A DNA stretch of 64,000 bases, from assembly GCF_009914755.1 (NCBI RefSeq), contig NC_060931.1. One strand, 5' to 3'. Origin of the DNA: the human T2T-CHM13v2.0 reference genome, Homo sapiens. Positions 15,101-28,380 of the stretch are shown here, piece by piece. Made by a program: the position numbers and the translations under genes. The notes beneath the pieces were generated by a model. It was not told where the DNA came from. It did no database searches and saw nothing but the letters and a program-made list of their open reading frames with translations. The stretch's first letter is position 1. Every line of letters starts with the position of its first letter.

Positions 15101-15130
15101 AATACATATAACTACTGTGTATTCACAGAT
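9169..15130 (+). mobile_element. Near full-length dead L1MA1/L1MA2-like LINE-1 (partial 5' UTR, ORF1, ORF2, 3' UTR)
   Basis: ORF fragments 9856-10155 (ORF1 coiled coil) and 11195-11641 (endonuclease: ILNIYAPNTG, IAGDFNT); RT tttgcagataacatg ~13084; 3' end cttgaggggatggatacc...tgcctgtatcaaaa; many stops and frameshifts. Confidence 0.9.
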
Positions 15131-15399
15131 TTTATATATGTGTGTATACATATGTATATATGGCACAGAGCAAGTTGAAGAAGAAAGAGATGTCTCTTTG
15201 CAAGTACAATATCTTTATTACAAATTTTACCAAAGGTGTATCATTATACAAAGACATTGTTAGGGCTCTCTCAGAGTTTTGAAAGGGGTCCATGCAGGGG
15301 CCTATAGATTAAGCTTCACTGATCTGATTTTGTCATGTCAGTTTCTGTTTATACTTGCAACTATAAAGAAAATAATGACTTTTGGTTGAAGAAAATGTG

Positions 15400-17490
15400 G
15401 AGAAGGAACAGAGAGGCATATTTTTAAATTAGTAGCAATCATATTGGTAGCATTAGCATTGCTATTTTAAGACTGCTGTATGAGTGTTGTGGATTAAAGT
15501 AAATGAGTAATGATGGAAAATTTGTATCATATTATCTTCCATAGGTCCTGAAGAGCCAGGATTCTCAGTGTAGAAGAGAGTAGATACAGGTGTAATACCG
15601 AAGCCAGCCAATAAATAATCCTATCATTCTGATTTTAATTTGGAAGTGTCAGTAAGAACTCATAAGTATTTCATCTTTAAAATATTATCTATGAATATAC
15701 TCTTAGTTCTATCTACCAAGGAGGCCTGAAAACAATGACCAATCTAAGAGCAAAAGTCATCCCTTAAGCCTAGATTGTGAGCTTGAAATACCATTTTCCA
15801 CTAAATGAATTCAGGGATTCTTAGATAACAAATGTAAAAGGTATATATCTAAGACTTTTATCATACCAAATAGTAAAAAAGCTACCAGACACTAATAGGG
15901 TCATGTTAAGGCAGTCAGAGGGTCATGTTAAGGCAGTCAGAAGCTCATGTTAAGAAATTTCTACTGGCCAAAATGAGACAATTAGTCTTTAAAAAGACTA
16001 AAACTGAAATGAATTTAAATCTGTCAAATATGCCTAAATATGAGATTATCATATTAAAATATAAAATTAATTATCTTTGAAAAATAACAGAAAATCTATT
16101 TGTTATCTTGAAGACAAAATAAAAGGAAAGAATCAAAACAGATCCTATCTATCCTATCTGACTATAAAACTGGGTAACTAAATAGTAGATGAGGGTAAAC
16201 ATCCTAAGAGTATTTCAACTACAAATAAAAAAGACAAAATAAAATGTCATCATTTTTCACACACCAATAAATTAATATGTCTAAGCTTTGAGCTGTTTAT
16301 ACTGTATTTCTAAAAACAGAACCAGACATCGTTATGTGCCTCCTGATGAAAGAACAGGATACACTACATGCAGTTGTGCCAAAACAATCAAACGTAAGTC
16401 TGATCCAGCCTTTAGAACCAGCCACGAATTTGTGGGAAATTCAGAGGACAGAAAAAACATGTTGAGCACTTACATGAGTTTACAACTTTAAAAATCCAGT
16501 CTGTGAGAAACTCTGTAGGTTCAACACTCCTGATTATTTAACATAAAAAGTGAAAAGAAAAAAAAAATGGAAGCGAAACTTTTAGATTAAAAGAAAATGT
16601 ATTTTTTTTTTATTAAGAACAGACAAGACTCATCTATAGCATTAAGGATATGCAGTTGGGTGATAAAACCGAAAAGCAACAAAAAAAGATTACTATAAAA
16701 ATCAGGATAAACTCCAAATAGATACTTTAAAATTCTAAAATCATAAACAAAGTAAATTCCAAATGGGTAAATACCTAATTACAGTTTTTAAAATGTCTAG
16801 CACGTTGTGAAAAAAATTATGATAAGGTGCTAGGAAAAGATTTCTGTACGATATGAGAATAATATCATTTTCTTAAATAAGCCAACCAAAGAACAATACA
16901 ATAAATGAAGGCGATAAATTTGACTCTTATCAAAATTAAGTATGTTCACCAGTCATTACACACCATAAAGTTTAATGATAAGCCATATCCTTAGTATTTG
17001 CAATGTGTAAAAGCTTGGTATCCATGATATAAAAAGAATAGTTATAAAGCAATAAGTTTTTTTAAATATAAAAATAGGCAAAGGTTAAGAAGAGGCGATT
17101 TACAGAGAAGAACACACATGGCATATAAGCTACATGAAAAGATGCTCAACAGTGCTGGTAATCAGTGAGATAACATACATATAACATTCCATATTCACCA
17201 GAATGGCAAAAACAAAATTTTGATAATACATATCTTGGCAGGGTTGTCCTAAAACAAGTGCTATAGAAAAAGTACATTAGAACCACCACTTTAGAGAATA
17301 ACTAGATAATTATCCAGCAATATCTAGCAAAAGTTGTGATTAGAACAAGGCAAATAAGGAGTTTCTGGAATGCCAACATGTTATTTTTCTTGACGTGGGT
17401 GTTAATTTTGTGATAGTCATTGAAATGTACATTCATTTTTGTGTACCATTCAATATTGCTCTACTTCATTATTTTAAAAAGATTTTAATT
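15400..17490 (+). mobile_element. Cluster of ancient L1MC/L1ME fragments
   Basis: cagacatcgttatgtgcctcctgatg 3'-UTR motif; ORF2-like atgaaaagatgctcaac...taatcag at ~17135. Confidence 0.55.
15897..15954. repeat. 22-bp tandem duplication (agggtcatgttaaggcagtcag x2 plus a partial third copy)
   Basis: Direct reading. Confidence 0.95.
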
Positions 17491-20437
17491 AAACAGAAAT
17501 CTATTAGAGGTATTCATGAGGAAAATGTTCTCTTTCCTTCTCCTTTTCTTTCTCCCTTGGATTCAGGAAGCTGTAGCTAGAGCTGCAATGGCCATGTTGC
17601 GACCATGAAAAAAAGGCCAAGAGATCTGCAAAGAAATGAGCCCTGACTTATTCCACTGCTGAACTAATATCAGCAATTGCCTGCCTTGAACGTCTTGTTA
17701 TGTGATCAAAGTAAGTCGTCATTTGTTAAAAAGGAAGAGATGGATGAGGGTAAAGTAGTGTGGTAGAATTTAGTGCTTTTGGTAACATACAATGAGATTC
17801 TTGTATGTCAGTTTTCCCATCAGGGTAAAATAAGGATAACAATAACTGATTTATAGGGCCATTAAAAAGATTAAATAAGAAAAAAGTAAGTTAAATATGA
17901 AGCATAGTGCCTGACATATGATAGGCAATGACAGTGTTAATTTCTATTACTCTAATAACACCAATTGGAAAACAGGAGACCTTAAATATCAGTCATTCAC
18001 AAATGAAATGTTTCGTACTGTTTCTGAGTTGTTTTCTGTTTTGGTTTAGTATCCTTGATATTGGTGAACACAGCTAAATGCTAAATGTATGTGGATATGG
18101 GGGAGGTGGGGATGTTCCCTGAGGATACTTAAATTTTACGTCATATGCTTCAAATCAGGGATCCAGTCTCTATCAGTCTTTACTTACGCTGTACTGTGAT
18201 AGAGGAAAAGGCAAACATTAAACATGAATGTACTACACTAAGATGTCTTAATAAATTTCTAAATTATGACTTTCCTATTTGTCTTACCCTTATGCAATCT
18301 GTTACCACACAGATGGATGAACATAAAGCTGATTTATTCTCTGTCAATTTTTCATATCCTTTAAGAGTTCTCCTGATTTTAGATATTCTCATTTAAATTT
18401 TTTGAAGAGTTTCTCCTAACTCAAAGCCAGATGTTAATGTTTATAGAATAAGAATTGCTTAAATTTTTTCTCAAACTGAGGTCTCTTGACCTAAAGTAAA
18501 AGCATGATTTTACTGAATGGTTTGGGCATTTTTTAGTTGCCTAAGTATGCATGATCTTCATTTCCTTTCTGTTTTCAGCTCTTCTGTTTCTCAGCAGTTT
18601 CTTCTTCCTTGAAGAACTTGGAGTGACATTAGCTAAAGAAGCGAACAAAACCTCCCCTCACTTATATTTCACGAACTGTCTGCTGAGCAGAGTGAAAGAG
18701 GTAACTGTGATGCTACATGTTCTAGTGGAAGTTCAGTGCAGTTATAGTTGAACAAGAACTCAACAGAACAAAACCATCATTTTGTTCCATCGGATAGTCT
18801 TTGATATTCCCCACTGTATCATATTGATGAATGCCAAATGACTCCCAAACTTGCCCTAAGACCTTCACTGACCTTTCAATTTCTAACTGTATTGTGAAGC
18901 ACTTTAGGGGGTCTTGACTTCATGCTTTGTCAGACTAGCTCTTTTCGTGAATGAAGTTCATGCATATGGCAGTACAATAGACACTATTAAGTCGCCCAGA
19001 TGATATATCAGAGATGCATTTTTAAAGGATTGTTAAAGGTAAGAGATATTATACATATAAGAAGAGACCATCTCCTTGATCCATAGGACAGAAGTTCTTT
19101 AGAAAGACAACTAAGCCATGAATACATTCCAACATCAAAACCCAAGAGCTAATCCTGTGGAAAATTATAAAAATAAAAGACTGATGGGAAAAACTGGTAG
19201 GAACTGCTTTCATTGACAATAGCAGGTATGTGAACCAGAAGACACATTATCAGAGAATACACACACACACACCCCTCCTTCATGTTCCTATACACTCCAC
19301 ACATTAGATTCTGAAAAGCTATTCATTAGAAAATCCCATGTTTGTTAAGTTCAAAGTAACACTATGCAAAAGACTTGAAAATATTAGCAGATTTAATATC
19401 TTTTTACTGTGAATTACGAATGCATTGAAATAATTAAGAGATCTTAACTAGATATTCCACCAGCACACCACCATAATTAATGGAGGCTAGAACATGTCTA
19501 TTAAATCCCCTGGAAAAAAGGTTTTCAGTTTCCTGATCTACAATTTGTCCATTGTTCTGCCCAAATCCTTCAGGTTCCTTCAAGGCTAGGATTGTCCCTA
19601 CTTTACTCTTGGCCTCAATTGCCAAGAGACTAATGCCCATGGCTCTTGACAAAGAAAACAATCATTTAAAGGTATTTAACCTAATCGAGAGTCGTGAGAA
19701 TGGAGCCAACTACACAGCCATATATGAAGTCTGCTAAAAACAGAACAAATGGGCAAGTGCTCAGGTCCTCACCAAAGCAAAGCCTTAAATGATGAAGTCA
19801 AATATAATCTGGGAGAATATCAGAATACATTACTTTTGAAAGAAAAGTCTAAGAATTATAAACATGAAGGAAAAACGGGGAGAAAGGTGCAAGAATTACA
19901 TTGACTACTACACAAAAGACTCAAAGGGCCCTAATATGACTGTCATGTAGGTTCACATAAATTCTACACATATCTCTGATTATTACTTTCCTCTAGGTCA
20001 AGAGACCCCAGTTAGCAAAACACTTAAGCAATTCTCATTTCATAAACATTAACATCTGGCTTTGAGTTAGAAGAAATTCTTTCAAACATTTAAATGAGAA
20101 TATTTAAAATATTCTGGGTGCACTTTTTCATTAGAGGCTCCCACAAAATTGCCACAAACAATATTTAACTGCTTTGTTTTAAATTTTGAAACTCTTGTAA
20201 AAATATTTTTACACAGAATTGTAAGATTTTTTAATATACCCCAAAGATATTTGCATTTTTGTTGTTTCATTTAACTTGGTTTAAAATTTAAAGTAATACA
20301 TCATTTTTTAAAAAGCAAAAAAGTCAAACATTATGAATGGTATAATTTTACTTTGTGAAATTTTAAAAATTGTATACAGATAATACATTGTGGAAGGATA
20401 CAAAAGAAACTGCCAATAGTAGCGCTCTAATAGTGGC

Positions 20438-21030
20438 TGTTAAACAAGGTTTGATGGCTCAGGAAAACTCACAGAACCCACAATGACAATGCTTACAAGT
20501 TTACAGGGTGTATTTTGCAGGAAAAGGATATAACATAACAATGACAGTAAGAAAGACTATGCATGTCAGACGAAGGCTGTCTCTCTTGCATCAGGAACCA
20601 CCAATGCGTGGTTCCTGACTGGAACCAGAGAGCATAAAATGGAGTCTCCAATGAGGTTTTTTTCTTTTTTCCTTTGCTATTCACATAGGCATAGTCCTAC
20701 TATATAATCAGCATCAATAGCAGAGGCCTCCGGGGGTCTCACTGAGACTAGGTGCCAATTGTTAGTCTCACTGTTATCAACAGTGCTGACAAGTTGATAC
20801 TCACCACTGAAAAACTCTGTGGACCACATTTACAAAGTAACTATCTTCAACAGCATGCTCCATGCCTTGTCCAGGAGCCAGTGCAGCACGGGAACATTTC
20901 TTATTTCAGCAGGACACCTCAGGCTAATTCCAGACACACTGGATGAACCCCCACACCTCAAGTAGTTTCTTTGGTGAAGAAAATTCAAGAGTGTTGACCA
21001 GTGGCATGATTCAGCTTTTCCTTTTATACT
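20438..21030 (-). mobile_element. Old ERV LTR-like element (MER21/MER77-group-like)
   Basis: aaaactcacagaacccac and cacataggcatagtcc motifs; family and strand uncertain. Confidence 0.4.
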
Positions 21031-22629
21031 TTGTTTTACTGCTTAGAGCTGCAGTACTTTAAGTATCTTTCTTTTAAAAAAACAGTTGGCATATACATTA
21101 TCAGATACCAGCCACTCTGAGCAGAACTGGAAATTAGTAGTTGTAAGTAAAATTTACCTACAATTGCTATTAAAAAAGTTAGACGAGTAAAGGGCAAGAC
21201 TCCTCTATACTTGGTAACCTAACAATTAAAAACAAGAAAGAAGAACTAAATGTCATTTTATCAACATTTAACTTTAGTCTTTCTCTATTAGAAAAACCAT
21301 ACCTGGCCCAGGAATGGAGCACAGATGCACTTTATAGCAGATCATTTAATCCAGAATGAGATGATGATTCTCTACAAAGCATATCATTTGCTCCAAACAC
21401 TAAACAGCAGAATAATAATTAAGGCCCATTCAAAAGTCTGGCACTTCCAGCCCTCAGTTCTTTCTTCTCTATAAACTGGAGCTCAAATACAATTTTATAA
21501 ATCCCATTAACAATAATGTTTCACAGTGAGGAGAATTATGTGTCCCAGCCACAACCTCAGGGATAAGGCGGAATTCAAAAGGAAGAGAAGTTAAAGCTTG
21601 ATAGGAAATAATAATGACAAGGTCACATAAAAGCTACCCTAATTCTTACCTAATGGATTCCACACATAATTTACAGCTAAAAGATGAAGCTGAGAGGGAA
21701 TCATGAATTTGGCCAAACATGAAAGACTAAAATTTTTAGTCAACTAATAGGCATTTAAGGAGTATATAATAAATGCCCAAGAGCATCTTGGCCCTTTCCC
21801 TCAATAAATTTACAAACAAGCAGTATCATCTAGGAACTTCAACTTGTACTGTGCTTGTCTTGTCCTTCAAACACAAGAAGAGTTTGTGTCACTGTTAAAA
21901 CACTGGTTTCAGCCTGGGTCTCAAGTTGAATGAAATCCTAGTTTTTATTGAAGTATCAAAGACAAGTGCATCAGTATCAAATGAGAAAGGAAAGAAGTAC
22001 AGAGCAAATATACAGGGAAGTGTGAAGGAATTACTGGGCAGCACTGAGTACCCATTTCAGATCATGAATTTAAAATGAGACCATCATACTTGTGTGTTTT
22101 CTTAAGCCATCTTTACACTTGAATGCAGAATGAGTTGGGTGCGTAATTGGGTTCAGCCAGGGTTGTTTTTTTGCCAAGTGTATAAATGAAAAGAAGATGG
22201 TCAAGGAAGTTAAGGGTGATTGCACAGGGTTGATTATTACAATATGGCAATGAATCTGAGGCAGAGGCATGAGATAATGACAGAGATGGTGGGGTTTTCT
22301 ATGTAGAAGCAATAGTTTGTTCAATTCTACCTAGGTAAAGAGATGAAGGCACTTCACTTTAACCCCCTATCTCCAGACAACGTGTTCAAGTCCTCTGCCC
22401 TCTGTTCAGAGGAATTTGCCCAGAGATTAAATATAGATGCATGTGGTCCACATTGATGAAGATTTGGCAATGGGTCTTTTTTATTATTGTCCCTGCTCTC
22501 TACAGTGATGGTCTTTATTACTTTCTGTCCCTCCACTTCTTCCATTCCAGTCTGAGTTCTCTTCTGTCTCTCCATTCCCATCCCCAGTCTCAATCTTTTA
22601 CAGTTTTTGAAAGAAGAAAACAAAAAAAA

Positions 22630-23258
22630 GTAATAAACATATGTGTGCCTGTGTCATTATAGTACAATGATTTATAATCCTTTGGGTATATACCCAATAA
22701 TGGAATTGCTCAGTGAAATGGTATTTCTAGTTCTGGATCCTTAAGGAATCGCCACACTGTCTTCCACAATGGTTGAACTAATTTACACTCCCACCAACAA
22801 TGTAAAAGCAGCACTGTTCACAATAGCAAAGACTTTGAACCAACCCAAATGCTCATCAATGATAGACTGGATAAAGAAAATGTGGCACATATACACCACG
22901 GAATACTATGCAGCCATAAAAAAGGATGAGTTCATGTCCTTTGCAGGGACATGGATGATTCTGGAAACCATCATTCTCAGCAAAGTATCACAAGAACAGA
23001 AAACCAAACGCCGCATGTTCTCACTCATAAGTGGGAGTTGAACAATGAGAACACATGGACACAGGGAGGCGAACATTACACACTGGGGCCTGTCAGGGGT
23101 GGGGGTCTAGGGGAGGGATAGCATTAGGAGAAATACCTAATGTAGATGACGAGGGTTGATGGGTGCAGCAAACCACCATGGCGTGTGTATACCTATGTAA
23201 CAAACCTGCACATTCTGCACATGTACCCCAGAAGTTAAAGTATAATAAATAAAAAAAA
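22630..23258 (+). mobile_element. 5'-inverted, truncated L1PA7-like insertion
   Basis: 22630-22809 is antisense ORF2; 22808-23258 is sense ORF2 end, 3' UTR and A-tail. Confidence 0.9.
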
Positions 23259-24969
23259 CACCCTCAGCAAATACACATGAAAAAATTTATGACTCTGTTT
23301 TTCTTCCTCCTTTTATTGTTATTCTTTTTCCTTCCCTTCCATTCCACTCCTTTCCTGAGAATTGAAATATTAAAATCATTAGGTGGGACATCTAGGTAGG
23401 CATCTGTGCTGGAAGTATGGAGAAGGGGTAGTCATAGTGACTCAGAGAAGGGTGGCAAACTCTAAGCAAAATGAGGAGGGTATTCATGTGGGGGCCTCTG
23501 GTACCCCCCACATGAATTTCTGAAAAACTTACATTTCTAATAAATTTATCTTTGTTAATGAGATAGACATAAATTTATATATGTAGATAGAGATATCCTC
23601 TGTCAAGAACAATGCCCCACCCAACATAAATCACTAACCAAAAGTTTCCATAGATGGACTTATATACACAGCACATATCACTGAGGAAATGTGTACTTAA
23701 GATGAAAATAGAAGGTATGGCAGTTTTCCAAAGATAGCAGTCCCCTCACCACTGACTGCTTAATGGACTATTAAATAATTCCAGTCTTTACCACTGTCTC
23801 TCTAAGAACATCAAAGGGACCTTAATTCATAATACACAGCACATCTTAAATCCCTCTTTTCTCTCCTCTCCAACTCTTGTCTTTGCCACAGCTGATGCTG
23901 AGCCTCACTCTCTCAACTCTCCACCTTTCTAGGTGCCCCACCTTGCTTGACTTCTGTTTTCTGTTTTTTGTTTGTTTGTTTGTTTGTTTTTGGCAAGATC
24001 AGATTCTCACATGATGGAGGAGTCAGAAAAGGTGAGCCAAGAAAGACCAAATAAATTCCCTATTTCTCTTTACTGGGCTAGAAGAGGTGTGGTGGCTATG
24101 TGTAGACTACAAACACTTATACTTTAACAAATATTGTCACACTGACACTTTTCCTTTTGGCCGCACTAAATAGGGATGCTCCCTTTACCAAGGAAAATCA
24201 ATCTGTGCCCTCAGCTAGGAAGGTAAGACTGGTTGTCTACTAGGTAAAATCAAGAAAGCCTCAAGACCTTCCTTAGGCCATCTTAAACTGTTCTGCCAGG
24301 ATCAGCTTAACTATGCTTAACTGTTCCTTAACCAATTAAATAATTCTTGCCCTTAATGTCTCTTGACCAATGGAGAAGGTTAACTTTGGTTCATATCCAC
24401 CCAGTGCTACTTCTCTTCTTTCCTTCCCCCCAAAACCCAAAACTAATATTAGCCATATGTTTCAGTAAGCTCTCCCCAATCCGAGACTCTCTGTGGACCT
24501 ACCATAGCCAGAAACAGCCAGAACTGTCTCTCTGAATTAAAGCTTGGGATTTATATAAATGGCCCTAGATACTGCCCTCTGGGGAACTTTAAGTGGCAAC
24601 CTACATGCTATCTGAAACAGAAGCCCAACATCTACCTCTCTGGATGGGTCTTGCCTCTGGAAGTTGGCAGCTGGAGCCCAGCATGAATTCACAGACAGAG
24701 GGAGCTTTCTCCTGTGTCTTCAAAGGAAAATCCCAAGCAGAATCAAGTGAGCAGCCACAGCAGCAGTTCTGTCTACTGTAGGATGCTTCCTACTCAATCA
24801 TAGCCAGGTGTGATTTTATATGATAGAAGTATCTCTTTCTTTTAAGCCCTTTGTTACAGGAAGGAACACAGTGTGGTTGTTTTCATCTTCAGGCACCCTT
24901 AAAAGGTAAATTTGAATCCAAATCAAATAGAAAAGATAATCCATGAATCTTACTACAGAGTTGGAATTT

Positions 24970-25170
24970 AACAATAATGCTAACACTTATTCACCACTTG
25001 TTATGTACCTGACACTGTTCTAGTCCTTTGTATATATTTTAATTTTATTTAATACAAAACTCCATGAGGTAGGAACTACCATTATCTCTCTTTGAAAATG
25101 AGGAAACTGAAGGTCAACAAGTAACTACTAATGTATCTGGCACTGTATCTCAAACCCAAATGCTTAATGG
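24970..25170 (-). mobile_element. MIR SINE remnant
   Basis: acaaaactccatgaggtaggaactaccattatc...aaatgaggaaactgaag core. Confidence 0.7.
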
Positions 25171-26167
25171 CTACATTATACTACCTGTCCCCTAGTATAT
25201 GTGAATGGGGCAAAGAGCTGAAAGGGATATCCCTGTCCTCTCATCCAGTAGGAGTGAATGTGAAAAGAGAGAGGGAGCTAAAATCGTGGCAGAAAGGACA
25301 AATTATAAGGGGAGGTGGTCCTGAATAGCCACTGAGTGATGACAGAGAGCAATGTTGAAGAAAATGATGCTAAGACTAAGTAACATATAGTCATAGATCC
25401 ATACCTCCCAGGACATCCAGCAGATAATGAAAATGCAGGCTCCCCAGGCACCTTAAAAGATCCCAAAAGAGACAGAGGTTACACAAAAGTCACACCTTCC
25501 TAATTAAAAGTACTTAGGACAAGAGACAAATGGTCCAGGTCAAGAAACCCAATCAACACAGAAAGGATGTTCGGAAGCTATGTGCTGAGGACTCAGAGCA
25601 TTCTAGTCCCTTGTACACAGTAAAGGGGAAGCATGGGTGGGCAGGAAAACGCTTATCCTCAGATGTGTCGGCAGCAAACTTTTTACTAAAAGAAGACCCC
25701 ATTCAAGATAAAACATAATTGAAAAATATTTAACCACCCTCTGATTCCAGCAAAATAGCTTGCCAGAAGCATTTTTTCAAATTGCATCCATTTTTATGAC
25801 TAAGTGGGGTTCTTGGCAGCAGTCCTATGTGATTCCCAAGACTATGCTTAGCTGCTTATTCCTTCCATGCAAAAGCAGCCCTTTAATGCAGTCACCACCA
25901 CATCCTTACAACTGTATGTCATCCCTCTATCTACCTTCATCCCACACCAACAGGTCACAAAGGTCCAAGGAGAGCTGGCGACTGAGTCACATGAGCACTT
26001 AGAGTGACAGTCCACTCTCCTCTAGATAAGCAACATCCATTCCTGAGCAGTCTGCTTTTACTTGCTCCAGGTGAATTCAATGACACTTCTGAACTTAGGA
26101 AATAAAACAGGACTGCGTTCTTTATAGTAAAAATGGCTTCAGGTTACCTCATCAGTTTCTTTCATAT

Positions 26168-26732
26168 GTACCGCTTCCATGTCTGAGATTGTTATTAAGC
26201 TATGGACTCTCAGCTTCAAACCCACTCATCTACGCTCAACTTTGCGCTGCTGGGGCTGGAACTCTGCAAACTCTATTTCACCTCTGCCAGCTGAGTTTCT
26301 TAGATGGGGCCACCAAGAGGTGCTAGAGGGAGACCAGGGGCTGGAGGAGAGAGAGGAGACTTGCTCTTCTGTTTGCTCACTGTTCTGCAAGCATCATTCA
26401 GCACAGTTACTTCAACTCAGCAGCAGCAGTTGACTTCAGTAATAGTTGATTCCAGTTTCCATTTTTTCCATGCTCCAGGAACCAATCATCTTTTATCATC
26501 TCAGAGATAACAGGACCATAGCCACAGGATTCCCACTCTGAACTTCTCAATTCTAATAACCTCAACCTGTCCCCTTTGTTCCTGAGCCCTGGAGGGCACA
26601 GCTGCTTCCTTCAGGTACCATCTCTGCATTGCCTTAATGTTTCCCTTTTTCTCCAATACCTGATTATTTATATCCTTAAATTATCTGTTAAAATAACTGT
26701 TGTCTATTTTCCTCACCAACCCTGCCTGATAC
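26168..26732 (-). mobile_element. LTR33-like ERVL solo LTR
   Basis: gctggggctggaactctgcaaac...caccaagaggtgctagagggagaccagggggctggagga. Confidence 0.65.
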
Positions 26733-27064
26733 AATATGTGAGTTAATTTCTTCTGTCCTGTCTAAACATACAAAAAGGAAACCAAAATTTGTCACCTCGT
26801 GGAGCTTCAGTAATAGGAGACTGTTTAAGTTTTCAACAAATACATTCTCCCCTTTGTTGACAATGGCAGAAAACACGGTCATAAACCTACTTTTCATTTG
26901 TTCTTTTCCTGTTGTTGACTGTTAATGATGAATGTTTGGAAATCAAAATTTTAATGCTGAAAATTTTATTGGTTAAAGTTACTTGTATTACATAAAGGAG
27001 AAGTAATTCAATCTTGAGCAAGAAAACAGAGCTGTGAAAACTTTTGGGTTTCCTCAAAACTTCC

Positions 27065-27560
27065 TGCATGAGTTTCCTCTGGCTACACATTTCTTTGTCC
27101 ACATTATGACAAACCTGGTGGTTTAAAACAACAGAAGTGTATTCTCTCATAAATCTGGAGGCCAGCAATCTGAAATCAATGTGTCAGCAAGGCTGTGCTA
27201 CCACTGAAGACTCTAGGGGAGAATCCCTTGCTTCTTCCAGCTTCTGGTGGCTCTACGACTCCTTGACCTGTACCACACCAATCGAATCTCTGCCTATGAG
27301 ATCATATCACCTCCTCCTCTTTATGTGTCTTCTCCTCTATGTCTTTCTCTAAAAACTCCTCTGCTTTTATCTTATAAGGATACATGTGATTGTATGTAAG
27401 GCCCACCCAGATAATCCAGAGTAGCTCCTCCTCTCAAGAACCTTAATTTAATCAGTTCCTTTATTATACAAGGTAATATTCACAGCCTCTAGGAAAAAGG
27501 ACATGGACAAATTTGGGGGGAGTCACCATTTAGCCCACCATTGTCCACCCTTAATGACCC
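27065..27560 (-). mobile_element. MLT1C-like LTR with adjoining polypurine-tract remnant
   Basis: ttaaaacaacagaagtgtattctctca...tctaggggagaatcc...ttataaggatacatgtgattg...gcccacca, then gtccaccctt. Confidence 0.8.
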
Positions 27561-28304
27561 CTTTACTTTTTCCATTTTCTTCCTTTGGGAATGGGAATGT
27601 TTTGTAACTGTTATAATATGTCTGACTCATTATTGTAGTTTGGAAACAACTTGTTTTCTAGTTTCACAGGTCCACAAATGGAGACAATGTCCCAAGATGG
27701 ATCATGCTTAGATTCTCACCTATATCTTATTTACATGATTTAGATGATGAGATTTGGGACTTTTTAAGCAATTATATTTAAATGAGATTCTCAGATTTAG
27801 AGCTTGTGCTATAACAGTTTGAGGTTTTGAGGGATGTATTTTGCATATAGGTTGAACATAATTTTTGGAGGGCCAAAGGATGGAATGTAGTATACTAAAT
27901 GCTGTCCTTCAAAAAGATACGTCCACATTTTACTCCCCAGAACCTGTGAATACTACCTTATATGGCAGAAGGTGTGATTAAGGATCTTGAGTTAAAGAAT
28001 TTATGTTAGATTATCCAGGTGAATATGAAATGCAATCACCATGTATATTTATATAAGAAAGGCAGAGGGATTTTGAGATAGGCATGCAGAGGAGAAACCA
28101 CACAAAGAAGTAGCAGCAATATAATCATGAAGGCAGAGACTGGGTTCACGAAGCTACAGACCAAGGAACACCAAAGAATATCAATTGCCACCAGAAGCTG
28201 AAAAAGGCAAGAAGCAGATTATCCCCTGGAGCCTTCGCAAGGAATACAGCCACGTCAACAACTTGGTTTCAGACTTCTGGTCTCCAGAACTGTGGGAGAA
28301 CACA
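27560..28304 (+). mobile_element. MLT1 internal 3' end, PPT and left part of an MLT1C/D-like LTR (LTR from 27886)
   Basis: tttggagggccaaaggatggaa|tgtag; ccaccagaagctgaaaaaggcaag...ccagaactgtgggagaa; the LTR resumes at 37346. Confidence 0.85.
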
Positions 28305-28380
28305 TTTTTTTTTTTTTGGTCTCTCTTATTTTACTGTGGTGAGAACAATTAACAAGAGATCTACCTTCTCAAACATTTTT

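Noticed and set aside
15897-15954. CRISPR-like repeat
   Set aside because: No spacers, only two full copies, eukaryotic DNA
21296-21420. Minus-strand exon-like segment (tttag acceptor, cag|gtatgg donor)
   Set aside because: Stops in all three frames and no other support
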